Notes: generated by a model from the sequence alone, not told the origin. A stretch of DNA of 43,443 bases from Erysipelotrichaceae bacterium (GCA_003510215.1 DOKQ01000097.1:1-43443); one strand, 5' to 3'; shown: positions 10,136 through 18,286, numbered from the stretch's first letter. Made by a program: numbers and translations.

Positions 10136-11213
10136 GGAATTTATATTAAAACATTTAGAGCCACTGAGTGAGATTTACGGTATTAGTGGTCAGGAATATC
10201 TTGTTGCTAAATATTTGCATGAAGTATACAAAACCTATACAGATGAAATTGTTTATGATCAGCTGGGAAGTATATTTGCCATCAAACGAAGCAAAAAGGA
10301 ACATGCTAAAAAAGTCATGGTGGCTGGTCATATGGACGAAGTTGGGTTTATGGTCAAAACGATAACGAAAACGGGTTGTTTAACCATGCATCCGGTTGGC
10401 GGCTGGTTTTCACAAACCTTGCTGGGTCAAAGAATTTCAGTTATCAATCGAAATGGTGATGTTTTCAAAGGGGCTATTGCCAGTATTCCACCACATTTAC
10501 TGACGGAAGAAGATCGTAAAAAACCAATGGAAATCAAAAGTATGCTTGTGGACATTGGCGCTACAAGTAAACAAGAAGCTGAATCATGGGGTATTTGCGT
10601 GGGTGATATGATGGTTCTCGATGGACAGTTCCGTCAATTGCATGGACAAAACCGCCTGTTAGGAAAGGCCTTTGATAACCGATATGGTTGTGCGATGGGT
10701 ATTGCCTTGCTGGAATCTTTAAAGGACGTTGAACTGGATTTTGATTTAATTGTGGGTGCAACGGTGCAGGAAGAAGTCGGTCTGCGTGGAGCTACCACTT
10801 CAGCCAGTCTGGTTTCTCCGGATCTAGCTATTGTTTTTGATTGCTCACCAGCCAATGATGCTTCTGGAGATGAAAATGCTTTTGGCCAACTCGGTAAGGG
10901 TGTGCTCATTCGTTTTGTGGATGCCAACATGCTGCCGAACCGATGCATGATGCATCGTCTTGAACAAGTCTGCGAAGAACATGAAATACCTTATCAGTTC
11001 TATGTTTCTATGGGTGGAACAGATGCAGGTGCTATTCATAAACATGCGTCCGGTGTTCCAACTGTGACTATGTGCATTTGCGCCCGGAACATTCATACAA
11101 ACAGTTCAATTGTGGATGTCAATGATATTGTTTCAGCGTTTAACGCCGCAAGACATTATGTCAGTGGGTTGAATGAACAACTGATTAGTGATATGATTTC
11201 CTGTAATCAGTAA
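10128..11213 (+). CDS. M42-family aminopeptidase (glutamyl aminopeptidase / YtoP-YsdC-like)
   Basis: 361 aa. SD GGAGG. VMVAGHMDEVGFMV and VQEEVGLRGA motifs of M42 metallopeptidases. Overlaps the trmB stop by 8 nt. Confidence 0.85.
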   Translation: MNKEFILKHLEPLSEIYGISGQEYLVAKYLHEVYKTYTDEIVYDQLGSIFAIKRSKKEHAKKVMVAGHMDEVGFMVKTITKTGCLTMHPVGGWFSQTLLGQRISVINRNGDVFKGAIASIPPHLLTEEDRKKPMEIKSMLVDIGATSKQEAESWGICVGDMMVLDGQFRQLHGQNRLLGKAFDNRYGCAMGIALLESLKDVELDFDLIVGATVQEEVGLRGATTSASLVSPDLAIVFDCSPANDASGDENAFGQLGKGVLIRFVDANMLPNRCMMHRLEQVCEEHEIPYQFYVSMGGTDAGAIHKHASGVPTVTMCICARNIHTNSSIVDVNDIVSAFNAARHYVSGLNEQLISDMISCNQ

Positions 11214-11224
11214 GGAGGTTGTTT

Positions 11225-11965
11225 ATGCGCAAATGGATGATTATCTTCTTGATGGTATTGCTTGTGGGCTGCAATGTAAGTGCAGAATCACTGTCAGATC
11301 GCATTGAAGGCTCATTAAACAGTTCAATCGAGGCAAAACCTGTGACTATCGTGAATCATACGACGAAGTTGTATCAGTTTTATCTGCCGTTTCATATGGG
11401 TAAAAAAGCATCCAATTCCACATCCGTTTTGCTTCAGTCAAACGATGTGGATATTGTCATGAGCATCGATGCAGCGAACATCATCATGCAACGCTTTTAT
11501 CGCACTTCACTTAACTCAAATCAGTTAAGAAATATTCCAACGTATGCTCAGGTTGTCTTTGATCAAAGTGGACAGTATTTAAGTAGCAATCAAGTGACAC
11601 TTAATTATCGTCTGATTGTCAGTCAAGTCGATGAGCATCTTTATAGTATCGTTTTGCAGAGTGATGCAGTATTGCTATCTGCCGTAACACCACTTGCACT
11701 TGTTGAAACTATCGTTTTTGATATGATGACCGTAGCCAAATCCACGAAAGTGAATCGTGAGACCGTTGTATCCATGTATTCAAACAAGCAGATTATTAAT
11801 TATCAGCGTCAGACACTTGAACTCTTTGAGCAAATCGCGCCTGAATCCGGTCGAGTTGCCGATATGATCAGTATTGTTGAGGGGAATATGAACTTCAACC
11901 AGGATTTTCTTGATGATTATTTTAATGATTTAGAACCAGAGGAGCCTACCGATGATATTCAATAA
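11225..11965 (+). CDS. Hypothetical lipoprotein with acidic C-terminal tail
   Basis: SD AAGGAGG 11212-11218, ATG 11225. Signal peptide MRKWMIIFLMVLLVGC with lipobox L-V-G-C. No recognisable catalytic motif. The C-terminus DFLDDYFNDLEPEEPTDDIQ is acidic. Confidence 0.7.
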   Translation: MRKWMIIFLMVLLVGCNVSAESLSDRIEGSLNSSIEAKPVTIVNHTTKLYQFYLPFHMGKKASNSTSVLLQSNDVDIVMSIDAANIIMQRFYRTSLNSNQLRNIPTYAQVVFDQSGQYLSSNQVTLNYRLIVSQVDEHLYSIVLQSDAVLLSAVTPLALVETIVFDMMTVAKSTKVNRETVVSMYSNKQIINYQRQTLELFEQIAPESGRVADMISIVEGNMNFNQDFLDDYFNDLEPEEPTDDIQ

Positions 11966-12557
11966 CCTTGAAGCGACACGCATATTTTATCTTCCTGATT
12001 TTCCAAAGGTACTTTTAGCTATCTTTTCAAGTAATTTAACAGTGGATGTCGTTAAAAATGACACGTTAGCCTATGGAGTTGATGAACAGGGGTACATCAC
12101 ATGGATTCACTTGCTGAATGTTGATATGGAATATGCTACCCCTGGGCTTCAACATCTGACCGATGAGTTAAAGGCGAAAGTTGAGTCTTATGTGCAAATA
12201 AAGATTCCTTGGGTTGATGCACGTGATTTTGTTGTGGGTCAGGTAGTCGAAATAGAACCTTTGCAGCGTTTTCAACTGGCTAAAGTAAATATAGGAAATC
12301 AGGTGGTTTCCATTGTTTGTGGCGCAGCGAATCTTCATTTGAATCAAAAGACGGTTGTAGCATTGAATAATTCAGTGCTACCCGATGGCACACTGATTCG
12401 CGAAGGAGATGTGGGTGGTGTGCTGTCTATGGGCATGTTGTGCTCATTATCCGAACTAACCAACCGCCCAAGTGCTAAAGGAATTGTTTCGGTCAAATCG
12501 AAATTTGAAAATGGGAGTATTGTGAATCTATTGCAATTGGAGGATTGGTTATGCTAA
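11952..12557 (+). CDS. ytpR: tRNA-binding-domain protein (YtpR-like)
   Basis: 201 aa, the same length as B. subtilis YtpR. The C-terminal half (VVGQVVEIEP...KVNIG...SIVCGAANL...GVLSMGMLCSLSEL) resembles the OB-fold tRNA-binding domain of PheT N-terminus/CsaA/EMAP. Overlaps the upstream gene by 14 nt. Confidence 0.75.
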   Translation: MIFNNLEATRIFYLPDFPKVLLAIFSSNLTVDVVKNDTLAYGVDEQGYITWIHLLNVDMEYATPGLQHLTDELKAKVESYVQIKIPWVDARDFVVGQVVEIEPLQRFQLAKVNIGNQVVSIVCGAANLHLNQKTVVALNNSVLPDGTLIREGDVGGVLSMGMLCSLSELTNRPSAKGIVSVKSKFENGSIVNLLQLEDWLC

Positions 12558-13144
12558 AGAAAATTATGTCGCTATTGTTTGAAGAAGAGGAAATCATCGA
12601 AGAGGAAGAAATTGTTAAACCACCATTGCCTCCGGTAAAAAAAGTCATTGCCCAACATGAGCCTATGGTTCAGTTGAAACCTGAGAAAAAGATGGAACCT
12701 GTTCAACCGGAAGTTGTTGAGGAAGTTAAGCCTGTACTTAAGCGAATTGATATTGAACCTGAAGTTAAACCAGTAAAAAAATCCGCTGTTGTAATTAAAG
12801 AGGTAAAACCTTACGAGTTTCAGGATGTGATCAGTCCGATTTTTGGTAAGAGTCATAAGGAAGCACCTGTTGGTAAAAGTATTCAGCCAGAACTTCCTGT
12901 TGAGAGTGAAAAAAGTGTTTTGGGGACCATTATCAGTCCGATTTATGGGATTAATAAAAAAGACAAAGTTAAAAAACCTGAACCACCAGTTGCCAAGAGT
13001 GTTGAACATTTATCTCTTGAGGATTTGATGGGTCTTAGTGTTGAAGAAGAATTTGAGCAGAAGCAACTGCCCTTGGATGAACCAACATCCGATTTAAACC
13101 TCTTTAGTGAGCTTTCAGAGGTTGATTCGAAGGAGTCACTATGA
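12551..13144 (+). CDS. Hypothetical E/K/P/V-rich, probably disordered protein with duplicated ISPI(F/Y)G motif
   Basis: SD GGAGG 12539-12543, ATG 12551. 197 aa. It overlaps ytpR by 7 nt and shares an ATGA start/stop overlap with murC. N-terminus MLKKIMSLLF is followed by EEEEIIEEEE. No P-loop or TM segment. Confidence 0.6.
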   Translation: MLKKIMSLLFEEEEIIEEEEIVKPPLPPVKKVIAQHEPMVQLKPEKKMEPVQPEVVEEVKPVLKRIDIEPEVKPVKKSAVVIKEVKPYEFQDVISPIFGKSHKEAPVGKSIQPELPVESEKSVLGTIISPIYGINKKDKVKKPEPPVAKSVEHLSLEDLMGLSVEEEFEQKQLPLDEPTSDLNLFSELSEVDSKESL

Positions 13145-14448
13145 TTTACTTTATTGGAATAAAAGGGGCTGGGATGGCTTCTTTGGCCTGCATGCTGAAT
13201 GATATAGGTGAAAAGGTCGCGGGATCTGATATAGATAAGCACATTTTCACGGAGGACGAACTCAGAAAGCGTCAGATACCTATTTATAAGTTTAATGAAG
13301 TCAAGATTGAAGATCATGCCACAGTGGTTGTCGGAAATGCTTTTGGCGATGATTTCGGCGAGGTGGTATCAGCACGCAAAAATTCATCGCTCCATATTAT
13401 TCGATATCATGACTTTTTAGGCACGTTGATGAACCAGTATAAAAGTATTGCGATTGCGGGTTCACATGGGAAAACAACCACAACAACAATGGTCGCTTCC
13501 ATGTTATCTCCATTCTTTGATACAGGCTATCTCATTGGGGATGGTCAGGGTCATTTGGGGAAACATTCGACGCATCTGGCAGTTGAAGCCTGTGAGTATC
13601 GCCGTCATTTTTTGGCATATCATCCGGATATCGCGATTATAACCAATGTTGACATTGATCATGTTGACTATTTTAAAAGTGAAGAAGATTATGCCAGTGC
13701 ATATGAGCAGTTCAGCACCAACATCAAGGGTACAGCGATTATTTATGGTGATGATCCCCGAAGCCGCTTGCTGTCTGTATCATCCGAAGCATTGTACTAT
13801 GGTTTACATGAAGACAATGATATCGTTGCAAAAAATGTCATTGAATCATCAACTCATACTGAGTTTGACTGTCTGATTTCAGGTGAACTTTTCGGCCATT
13901 TTATTCTACCTTTTGTGGGTTCTCATATGCTTCAAAATAGCCTGGCGGTCATTGGGGTTGGTTATCTTGAAGGATTAAGTGCTATGCAGATAGAACTTGG
14001 TCTGGGTCAGTTCAAAGGAGCCAAACGACGGTTCGTTGTTGAGGAAATGATGGGGAGTGTATTTATTGATGATTATGCTCATCATCCAACTGAAGTTAAA
14101 GTAACGATCGAAGCAGCAAAGAAACGTTACCCACATTTACCTCTGATTGCCATTTTCAAACCGCATCGTGTCTCCAGGGTATTTAATTTTGCGAAGCCAT
14201 TTGCAGATGCCTTAAAAATGGCGGATGTGGTTGCTTTATGTCCGTTCACCAGCATTGATGATGCAGAAGAAGGGTATGATATTGACATCAGTTACTTGCA
14301 GGGGTTTATCGAAGGCAGCATCATTGTGGATGATAATGAAGAAGATGCGAAGGTTTTAGCTTCCTTTAAACCTGCTGTTTACCTTTTTATGAGTTCAAAA
14401 GACATATATTCGCTCAGTGAGCGTGTTAAGCGCTATCATCAATCTTGA
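13141..14448 (+). CDS. murC: UDP-N-acetylmuramate--L-alanine ligase
   Basis: 435 aa. N-terminal GIKGAGMASLA dinucleotide-fold motif, Mur ligase P-loop AGSHGKTTTT, and DDYAHHP in the C-terminal domain. Confidence 0.93.
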   Translation: MIYFIGIKGAGMASLACMLNDIGEKVAGSDIDKHIFTEDELRKRQIPIYKFNEVKIEDHATVVVGNAFGDDFGEVVSARKNSSLHIIRYHDFLGTLMNQYKSIAIAGSHGKTTTTTMVASMLSPFFDTGYLIGDGQGHLGKHSTHLAVEACEYRRHFLAYHPDIAIITNVDIDHVDYFKSEEDYASAYEQFSTNIKGTAIIYGDDPRSRLLSVSSEALYYGLHEDNDIVAKNVIESSTHTEFDCLISGELFGHFILPFVGSHMLQNSLAVIGVGYLEGLSAMQIELGLGQFKGAKRRFVVEEMMGSVFIDDYAHHPTEVKVTIEAAKKRYPHLPLIAIFKPHRVSRVFNFAKPFADALKMADVVALCPFTSIDDAEEGYDIDISYLQGFIEGSIIVDDNEEDAKVLASFKPAVYLFMSSKDIYSLSERVKRYHQS

Positions 14449-14492
14449 AAATTGTTTCAATATTGTGTACAATAGTTCTGAGGTGATAAATT

Positions 14493-14870
14493 ATGGATGA
14501 GCTATTAGTTTCATTACAAAATGTTTCAGAGCAGTTACTGCCATTTTTGGGAGTCATTGTTCTGATTTTTCTTGTTCTAGTTTTAAGAAAGGTACTTCAC
14601 ATTTTAACGGATGCACAAGTGACAGTAAGTAAAGTGAACACAGCCATGGATAAGGTGAACAACAGCCTTGATGAGTTGAAGGCTCCGCTTTCGACGCTGA
14701 CAAGGGTGTCTCATTCCATAGATTTGGTCCAGACAGCAACTGAATCAGCTGTGAAATCAGCGGTTCGAATTGTGGCGGATAATTTTGAATGGATCAAGGA
14801 TTCTGCTGCTTCAGTTGTATCAAAAATAAAGAAAGACAAGAAAGAAACAGGAGGAAACAGTGATGAATGA
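14493..14870 (+). CDS. DUF948/YtxG-like small membrane-anchored protein
   Basis: SD GAGGTGA. 125 aa. One N-terminal TM helix (LLPFLGVIVLIFLVLVL) followed by a helical soluble part. Position after murC matches ytxG in B. subtilis. Confidence 0.55.
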   Translation: MDELLVSLQNVSEQLLPFLGVIVLIFLVLVLRKVLHILTDAQVTVSKVNTAMDKVNNSLDELKAPLSTLTRVSHSIDLVQTATESAVKSAVRIVADNFEWIKDSAASVVSKIKKDKKETGGNSDE

Positions 14871-15585
14871 TGTGAAAGATAACATCAGCGAGATCAAAGA
14901 TGAACTTTTGGAAGAAGTCGAAGATGTCGTTGAAAATGCCAACGATTTTGTGGATGAAACGATTGAAGTAATTCAAAAAGAAGTCGAAGGATTTGAAGAA
15001 GAGCTGACAAAAGCTGCAAAAGAAACAGATGATGAAGGCAAAGAAAAAATCAATAAAATTAAAAAAGATGTAAAACATGCGGTTGACACTGTCGTGAGTG
15101 CTACCGGAAAGATTGCCAAGGACTTAAAAGAGGATGAGGATCTGAAGGAAAAACTTCATGATTTCCGAGTTAAATCTACGGAGTTAATCAATGAGGGTAT
15201 CACAAAAGTGAAAGGACTAAAAGATGATCCTGTGTGGCAGCAACGATTTGAGCATGCCAAGGAAGTTACGGTAGAAGCTGGTGAAAAAGTAGCAGATGTA
15301 GCTGGTAAGACATCAGCTAATCTTATGTCCAAAGCACGTGAGAACGAGAAAGTAGATGAGTTTATGGATAAGGCAGAGGATGTCGGTTCAAAAGCGTTTG
15401 AAGCGACGAAGGAAACCTTCGAGGCAACAAAAGAAAAAGTAGAAGAATTCTTTGCTAAGCCGGAAGTTGTCGAGAAAGTCGAAAGTGCTAAAGCCACTAC
15501 GATTAAAGTAGCAGAAAAAGCTGTTGAAGGTTTAAAAAAGTTATTGAAACCTAAGACAGATGAACATACATCAGAAGATGAGTAG
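14863..15585 (+). CDS. Highly charged helical-repeat protein (YtxH position, but no TM helix)
   Basis: SD AGGAGGAAA 14849-14857, ATG 14863 (the listed GTG 14860 is less likely). 240 aa rich in E/K/D/A/V, with repeated segments such as AFEATKETFEATKEKVEEFF. Overlaps the upstream stop by 8 nt. Confidence 0.6.
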   Translation: MNDVKDNISEIKDELLEEVEDVVENANDFVDETIEVIQKEVEGFEEELTKAAKETDDEGKEKINKIKKDVKHAVDTVVSATGKIAKDLKEDEDLKEKLHDFRVKSTELINEGITKVKGLKDDPVWQQRFEHAKEVTVEAGEKVADVAGKTSANLMSKARENEKVDEFMDKAEDVGSKAFEATKETFEATKEKVEEFFAKPEVVEKVESAKATTIKVAEKAVEGLKKLLKPKTDEHTSEDE

Positions 15586-15593
15586 GTGAAAGA

Positions 15594-16583
15594 ATGAAAC
15601 GTGTAACAATTTATGATGTGGCAAATGAAGCCAAAGTATCACTGGCAACCGTATCACGGGTAATTAACGGACTGGAAATTGTCCGGGAAGATACCCGTAT
15701 TCGTGTTGAAAACGCGATTGAAAAATTAGGATACAAACCGAATGCGATAGCACAAGGTTTAGCATTACAAAAAACAACTTCCATTGCACTGGTTGTACCT
15801 GAAGCAAGTTTTAACTATACAGGTCAAATTATCAATGGTCTACTTGATGTTGCCAAAATTTACAAGTACAACATCATGCTCCATACAACCACAGAAGGTA
15901 TCACGGAAATTAATGAAATCATAGAAAATATCATTAAGTCACGTGTTGATGGCGTTGTCATTTATAATGACAAACTGCTGTACGAAGAGCTCGTTGAACT
16001 GACGAAGTATCAGGTGCCTATCGTTCTTATTGGTAATCGGATGTCAAATGAGAATTTGGCATGTGTCTATGTGGATATTGAAAAAGCCATTTATGAACTA
16101 ACCAAAGAGTATATTGAAAAAGGGAAACAGGATATTGCGATTATTCAGGACCGCAAAAACCCATATGCCATTGATCAATTAATCAAAGGTGTTACACGTG
16201 CATTTAATGAAGTAGGCGCTGAGTTTGATCAGTATGTTGAAATTCCTTCGCATTATCGAAGTTCTTATGAGTTTTTGACGAATTACTTTAAGGGCAAGAA
16301 GCATGATTTGATTATTGCTCATCGTGATTCTCAAGCATTGGCTGCGATTAATGCGGCGAATGAAAATAACATTAAAGTACCTGATGACATGGAAGTTGTC
16401 TGCGTTATTGATACAAAATATAACGCAATGGTTCGTCCACGTTTATCAAGCTTCTCAATTCCTTCATATGATTTAGGAGCAGTGGCGATGAGAATTATAA
16501 CTAAAATGCTTCATCAGGAGGATTTTGAAGACAAAGAAATCGAGTTGAGTTACCTTTACTCACCGCGCCAGTCAACAAAGTAA
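15594..16583 (+). CDS. ccpA: LacI-family transcription regulator, CcpA-like
   Basis: 329 aa. The N-terminal HTH TIYDVANEAKVSLATVSRVINGLEIVREDTRIRVENAIEKLGYKPNAIAQGLA is very close in pattern to B. subtilis CcpA. A periplasmic-binding-fold core follows. Confidence 0.7.
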   Translation: MKRVTIYDVANEAKVSLATVSRVINGLEIVREDTRIRVENAIEKLGYKPNAIAQGLALQKTTSIALVVPEASFNYTGQIINGLLDVAKIYKYNIMLHTTTEGITEINEIIENIIKSRVDGVVIYNDKLLYEELVELTKYQVPIVLIGNRMSNENLACVYVDIEKAIYELTKEYIEKGKQDIAIIQDRKNPYAIDQLIKGVTRAFNEVGAEFDQYVEIPSHYRSSYEFLTNYFKGKKHDLIIAHRDSQALAAINAANENNIKVPDDMEVVCVIDTKYNAMVRPRLSSFSIPSYDLGAVAMRIITKMLHQEDFEDKEIELSYLYSPRQSTK

Positions 16584-16593
16584 GTTGCAGGAC

Positions 16594-16621
16594 TTGAAAA
16601 TAATTTTGAGTCTGTTATAAT
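16594..16621 (+). promoter_or_regulatory. SigA-type promoter of the tyrS leader
   Basis: TTGAAA (16594-16599), 16-nt spacer, extended -10 TGtTATAAT (16613-16621). Confidence 0.6.
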
Positions 16622-16627
16622 TTCGAT

Positions 16628-16842
16628 ATTGCAAAAAGAAGATTGAGTACCTTATGGAACAATGTAGAGAGGCGATGGCTGGTGAAAATCGCTGCGTAAA
16701 ATATGGGAATACACCTTCTTGCATCTTTATGAAAAGTAAAGACGTATCGCGGCGTTAACGCTTCAAGCGCATGTATGTTTTATACATGAAGTAAGGTGGT
16801 ACCGCGCAACAAGCGTCCTTAGCATTAAGGGCGCTTTTATTA
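16628..16842 (+). promoter_or_regulatory. T-box riboswitch leader, tyrosine specifier (UAC)
   Basis: Stem I AGAGA at 16666-16670. Specifier context GAA-UAC-A with UAC at 16710-16712. T-box sequence GUAAGGUGGUACCGCG at 16791-16806. Terminator AGCGUCCUUA/UAAGGGCGCU (16812-16835) plus a U-run, immediately before tyrS. Confidence 0.9.
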
Positions 16843-16858
16843 TGGGAGGAACAAACAT

Positions 16859-18106
16859 ATGAATTTTTTAGATGAATTAGCTTATAGAGGACTTATCAAG
16901 GATGTAACAGATTTGGAAAGTCTGAAGGAAAGAATTAACAAGCCGATGACTGTGTATTGTGGCTTTGATCCAACTGCTGACTCTTTACATATCGGCCATT
17001 TGCAACAGTTATTGCTTTTACGTCGTTATCAGTTGCAGGGGCATCATCCGATTGCCTTGATTGGTGGGGCTACCGGTATGATTGGTGATCCAAGACCAAC
17101 GACAGAACGTTCTTTGCAGACTCTTGACGAGATTAATCACAATGTTTTAGGACTTAAAAAGCAAATTGAAGCCATTTTGAGCCAAAAAGGGCTTCCGGTC
17201 ACAGTGGTTAATAACTATGATTGGCTTAGTAAGCTGAATATTTTGACATTTTTACGAGATTATGGGAAACATTTTAATGTTAATTACATGATTTCCAAGG
17301 ACATTGTGGCGTCACGATTGGCTACAGGAATTTCGTTTACTGAGTTTACCTATACGATCCTTCAGGCAGCTGACTGGCTTCATCTTTACAGGACTTATGA
17401 TTGTCAGATGCAAATCGGTGGAAGTGATCAGTGGGGGAATCTGTTAAGTGGATCTGAACTCATCCGAAAAGTTTTGGGTGACAAAGTTAAGGTCTATGGT
17501 GTGACATCGCCACTTATTACCAAGTCGGATGGAAGTAAGTTTGGAAAAAGCGAAGGAAAAAACATTTGGCTGGATGCTGAAAAGACAGATGCCTATACGT
17601 TCTATCAGTTCTGGATTAATGTGTCCGATGCCGATATTATCGACTACATTAAACGTTTGTCATTTAAGACGGTTGAGGAAATTGAAGAGCTAGTGGTAAA
17701 GACAGCTGAAGCACCTCACTTGCGTGAGGCGCAAAAAACGCTTGCGGCTGAGTTGACTGAGCTGGTGTTTGGTAAGGAAGCGCTTGAATCCGCAATGAAA
17801 ATTACTGAGGTTCTTTTTTCGATGGCTTTTGAAACTTTGAGTAAGAAGGAGCTTGAGATGGCTTTTGCGGATGCCACAAAAACATCTGTTGACTCATCGG
17901 TTCTACTGATCGATGCGCTTGTAATCAGCCAGGCAGTTAAAAGCAAGCGCGAAGCACGTGAACTGATTCAGCAGGGGTCTATTAGTGTCAATGGATCAAA
18001 GATTGTGGATCTTGAATTTGAGTGTACGAAGTCTGATGCCTTGCATCAGTCGATTACAGTGATTCGTAAAGGGAAGAAACATTACACAGTTTTAATGTTC
18101 AATTAA
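16859..18106 (+). CDS. tyrS: Tyrosine--tRNA ligase
   Basis: 415 aa. Class I HIGH motif (DSLHIGHL), KMSKS-type KFGKS, and a C-terminal S4-like domain. Confidence 0.96.
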   Translation: MNFLDELAYRGLIKDVTDLESLKERINKPMTVYCGFDPTADSLHIGHLQQLLLLRRYQLQGHHPIALIGGATGMIGDPRPTTERSLQTLDEINHNVLGLKKQIEAILSQKGLPVTVVNNYDWLSKLNILTFLRDYGKHFNVNYMISKDIVASRLATGISFTEFTYTILQAADWLHLYRTYDCQMQIGGSDQWGNLLSGSELIRKVLGDKVKVYGVTSPLITKSDGSKFGKSEGKNIWLDAEKTDAYTFYQFWINVSDADIIDYIKRLSFKTVEEIEELVVKTAEAPHLREAQKTLAAELTELVFGKEALESAMKITEVLFSMAFETLSKKELEMAFADATKTSVDSSVLLIDALVISQAVKSKREARELIQQGSISVNGSKIVDLEFECTKSDALHQSITVIRKGKKHYTVLMFN

Positions 18107-18134
18107 AAATGAGGAAAATTTTCCTCATTTTTTT
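18105..18134. terminator. Bidirectional intrinsic terminator between tyrS and the convergent small ORF
   Basis: Near-perfect palindrome aaaaatgaggaaaa/ttttcctcattttt, flanked by an A-run and a T-run. The stop codon of the minus-strand ORF lies inside it. Confidence 0.85.
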
Positions 18135-18286
18135 GATGTTAGCAGATAAAGTCCGAAGACAATGATGACAATGGGTAGAAAAAACTGTTGTGTGAGCAAT
18201 TTCATCCAGGATGGGAAGAGTCGCTCAAGTAAAAGCAGAACTCCGAATAATACGACAATGATCCCGAATTTTTGTCTTGAATTCAT
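18125..18286 (-). CDS. Small two-TM membrane protein (LiaI/LiaF-TM-like pattern)
   Basis: On the minus strand, AAGAGGTGA is followed by ATG at 18286. 53 aa: MNSRQKFGIIVVLFGVLLLLERLF...FFLPIVIIVFGLYLLTSKK, giving two hydrophobic helices. The upstream extension in the listed ORF lacks an SD. Confidence 0.5.
   Translation of the reverse strand: MNSRQKFGIIVVLFGVLLLLERLFPSWMKLLTQQFFLPIVIIVFGLYLLTSKK

Noticed and set aside
12539-12553. Exact 15-nt repeat GGAGGATTGGTTATG, also at 4678-4692
   Set aside because: Both copies are simply an SD plus a start codon. One 15-mer coincidence is roughly what chance predicts for a window of this size, and the flanks do not extend the match.
12572-13009. 145-aa minus-strand ORF opposite the disordered 197-aa ORF
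   Set aside because: Its F/N/R-rich translation is the complement of the GAA/AAA-rich sense strand. The plus-strand frame has an SD and start/stop coupling to both neighbours, which the antisense frame lacks. Conservation analysis should still confirm the strand.
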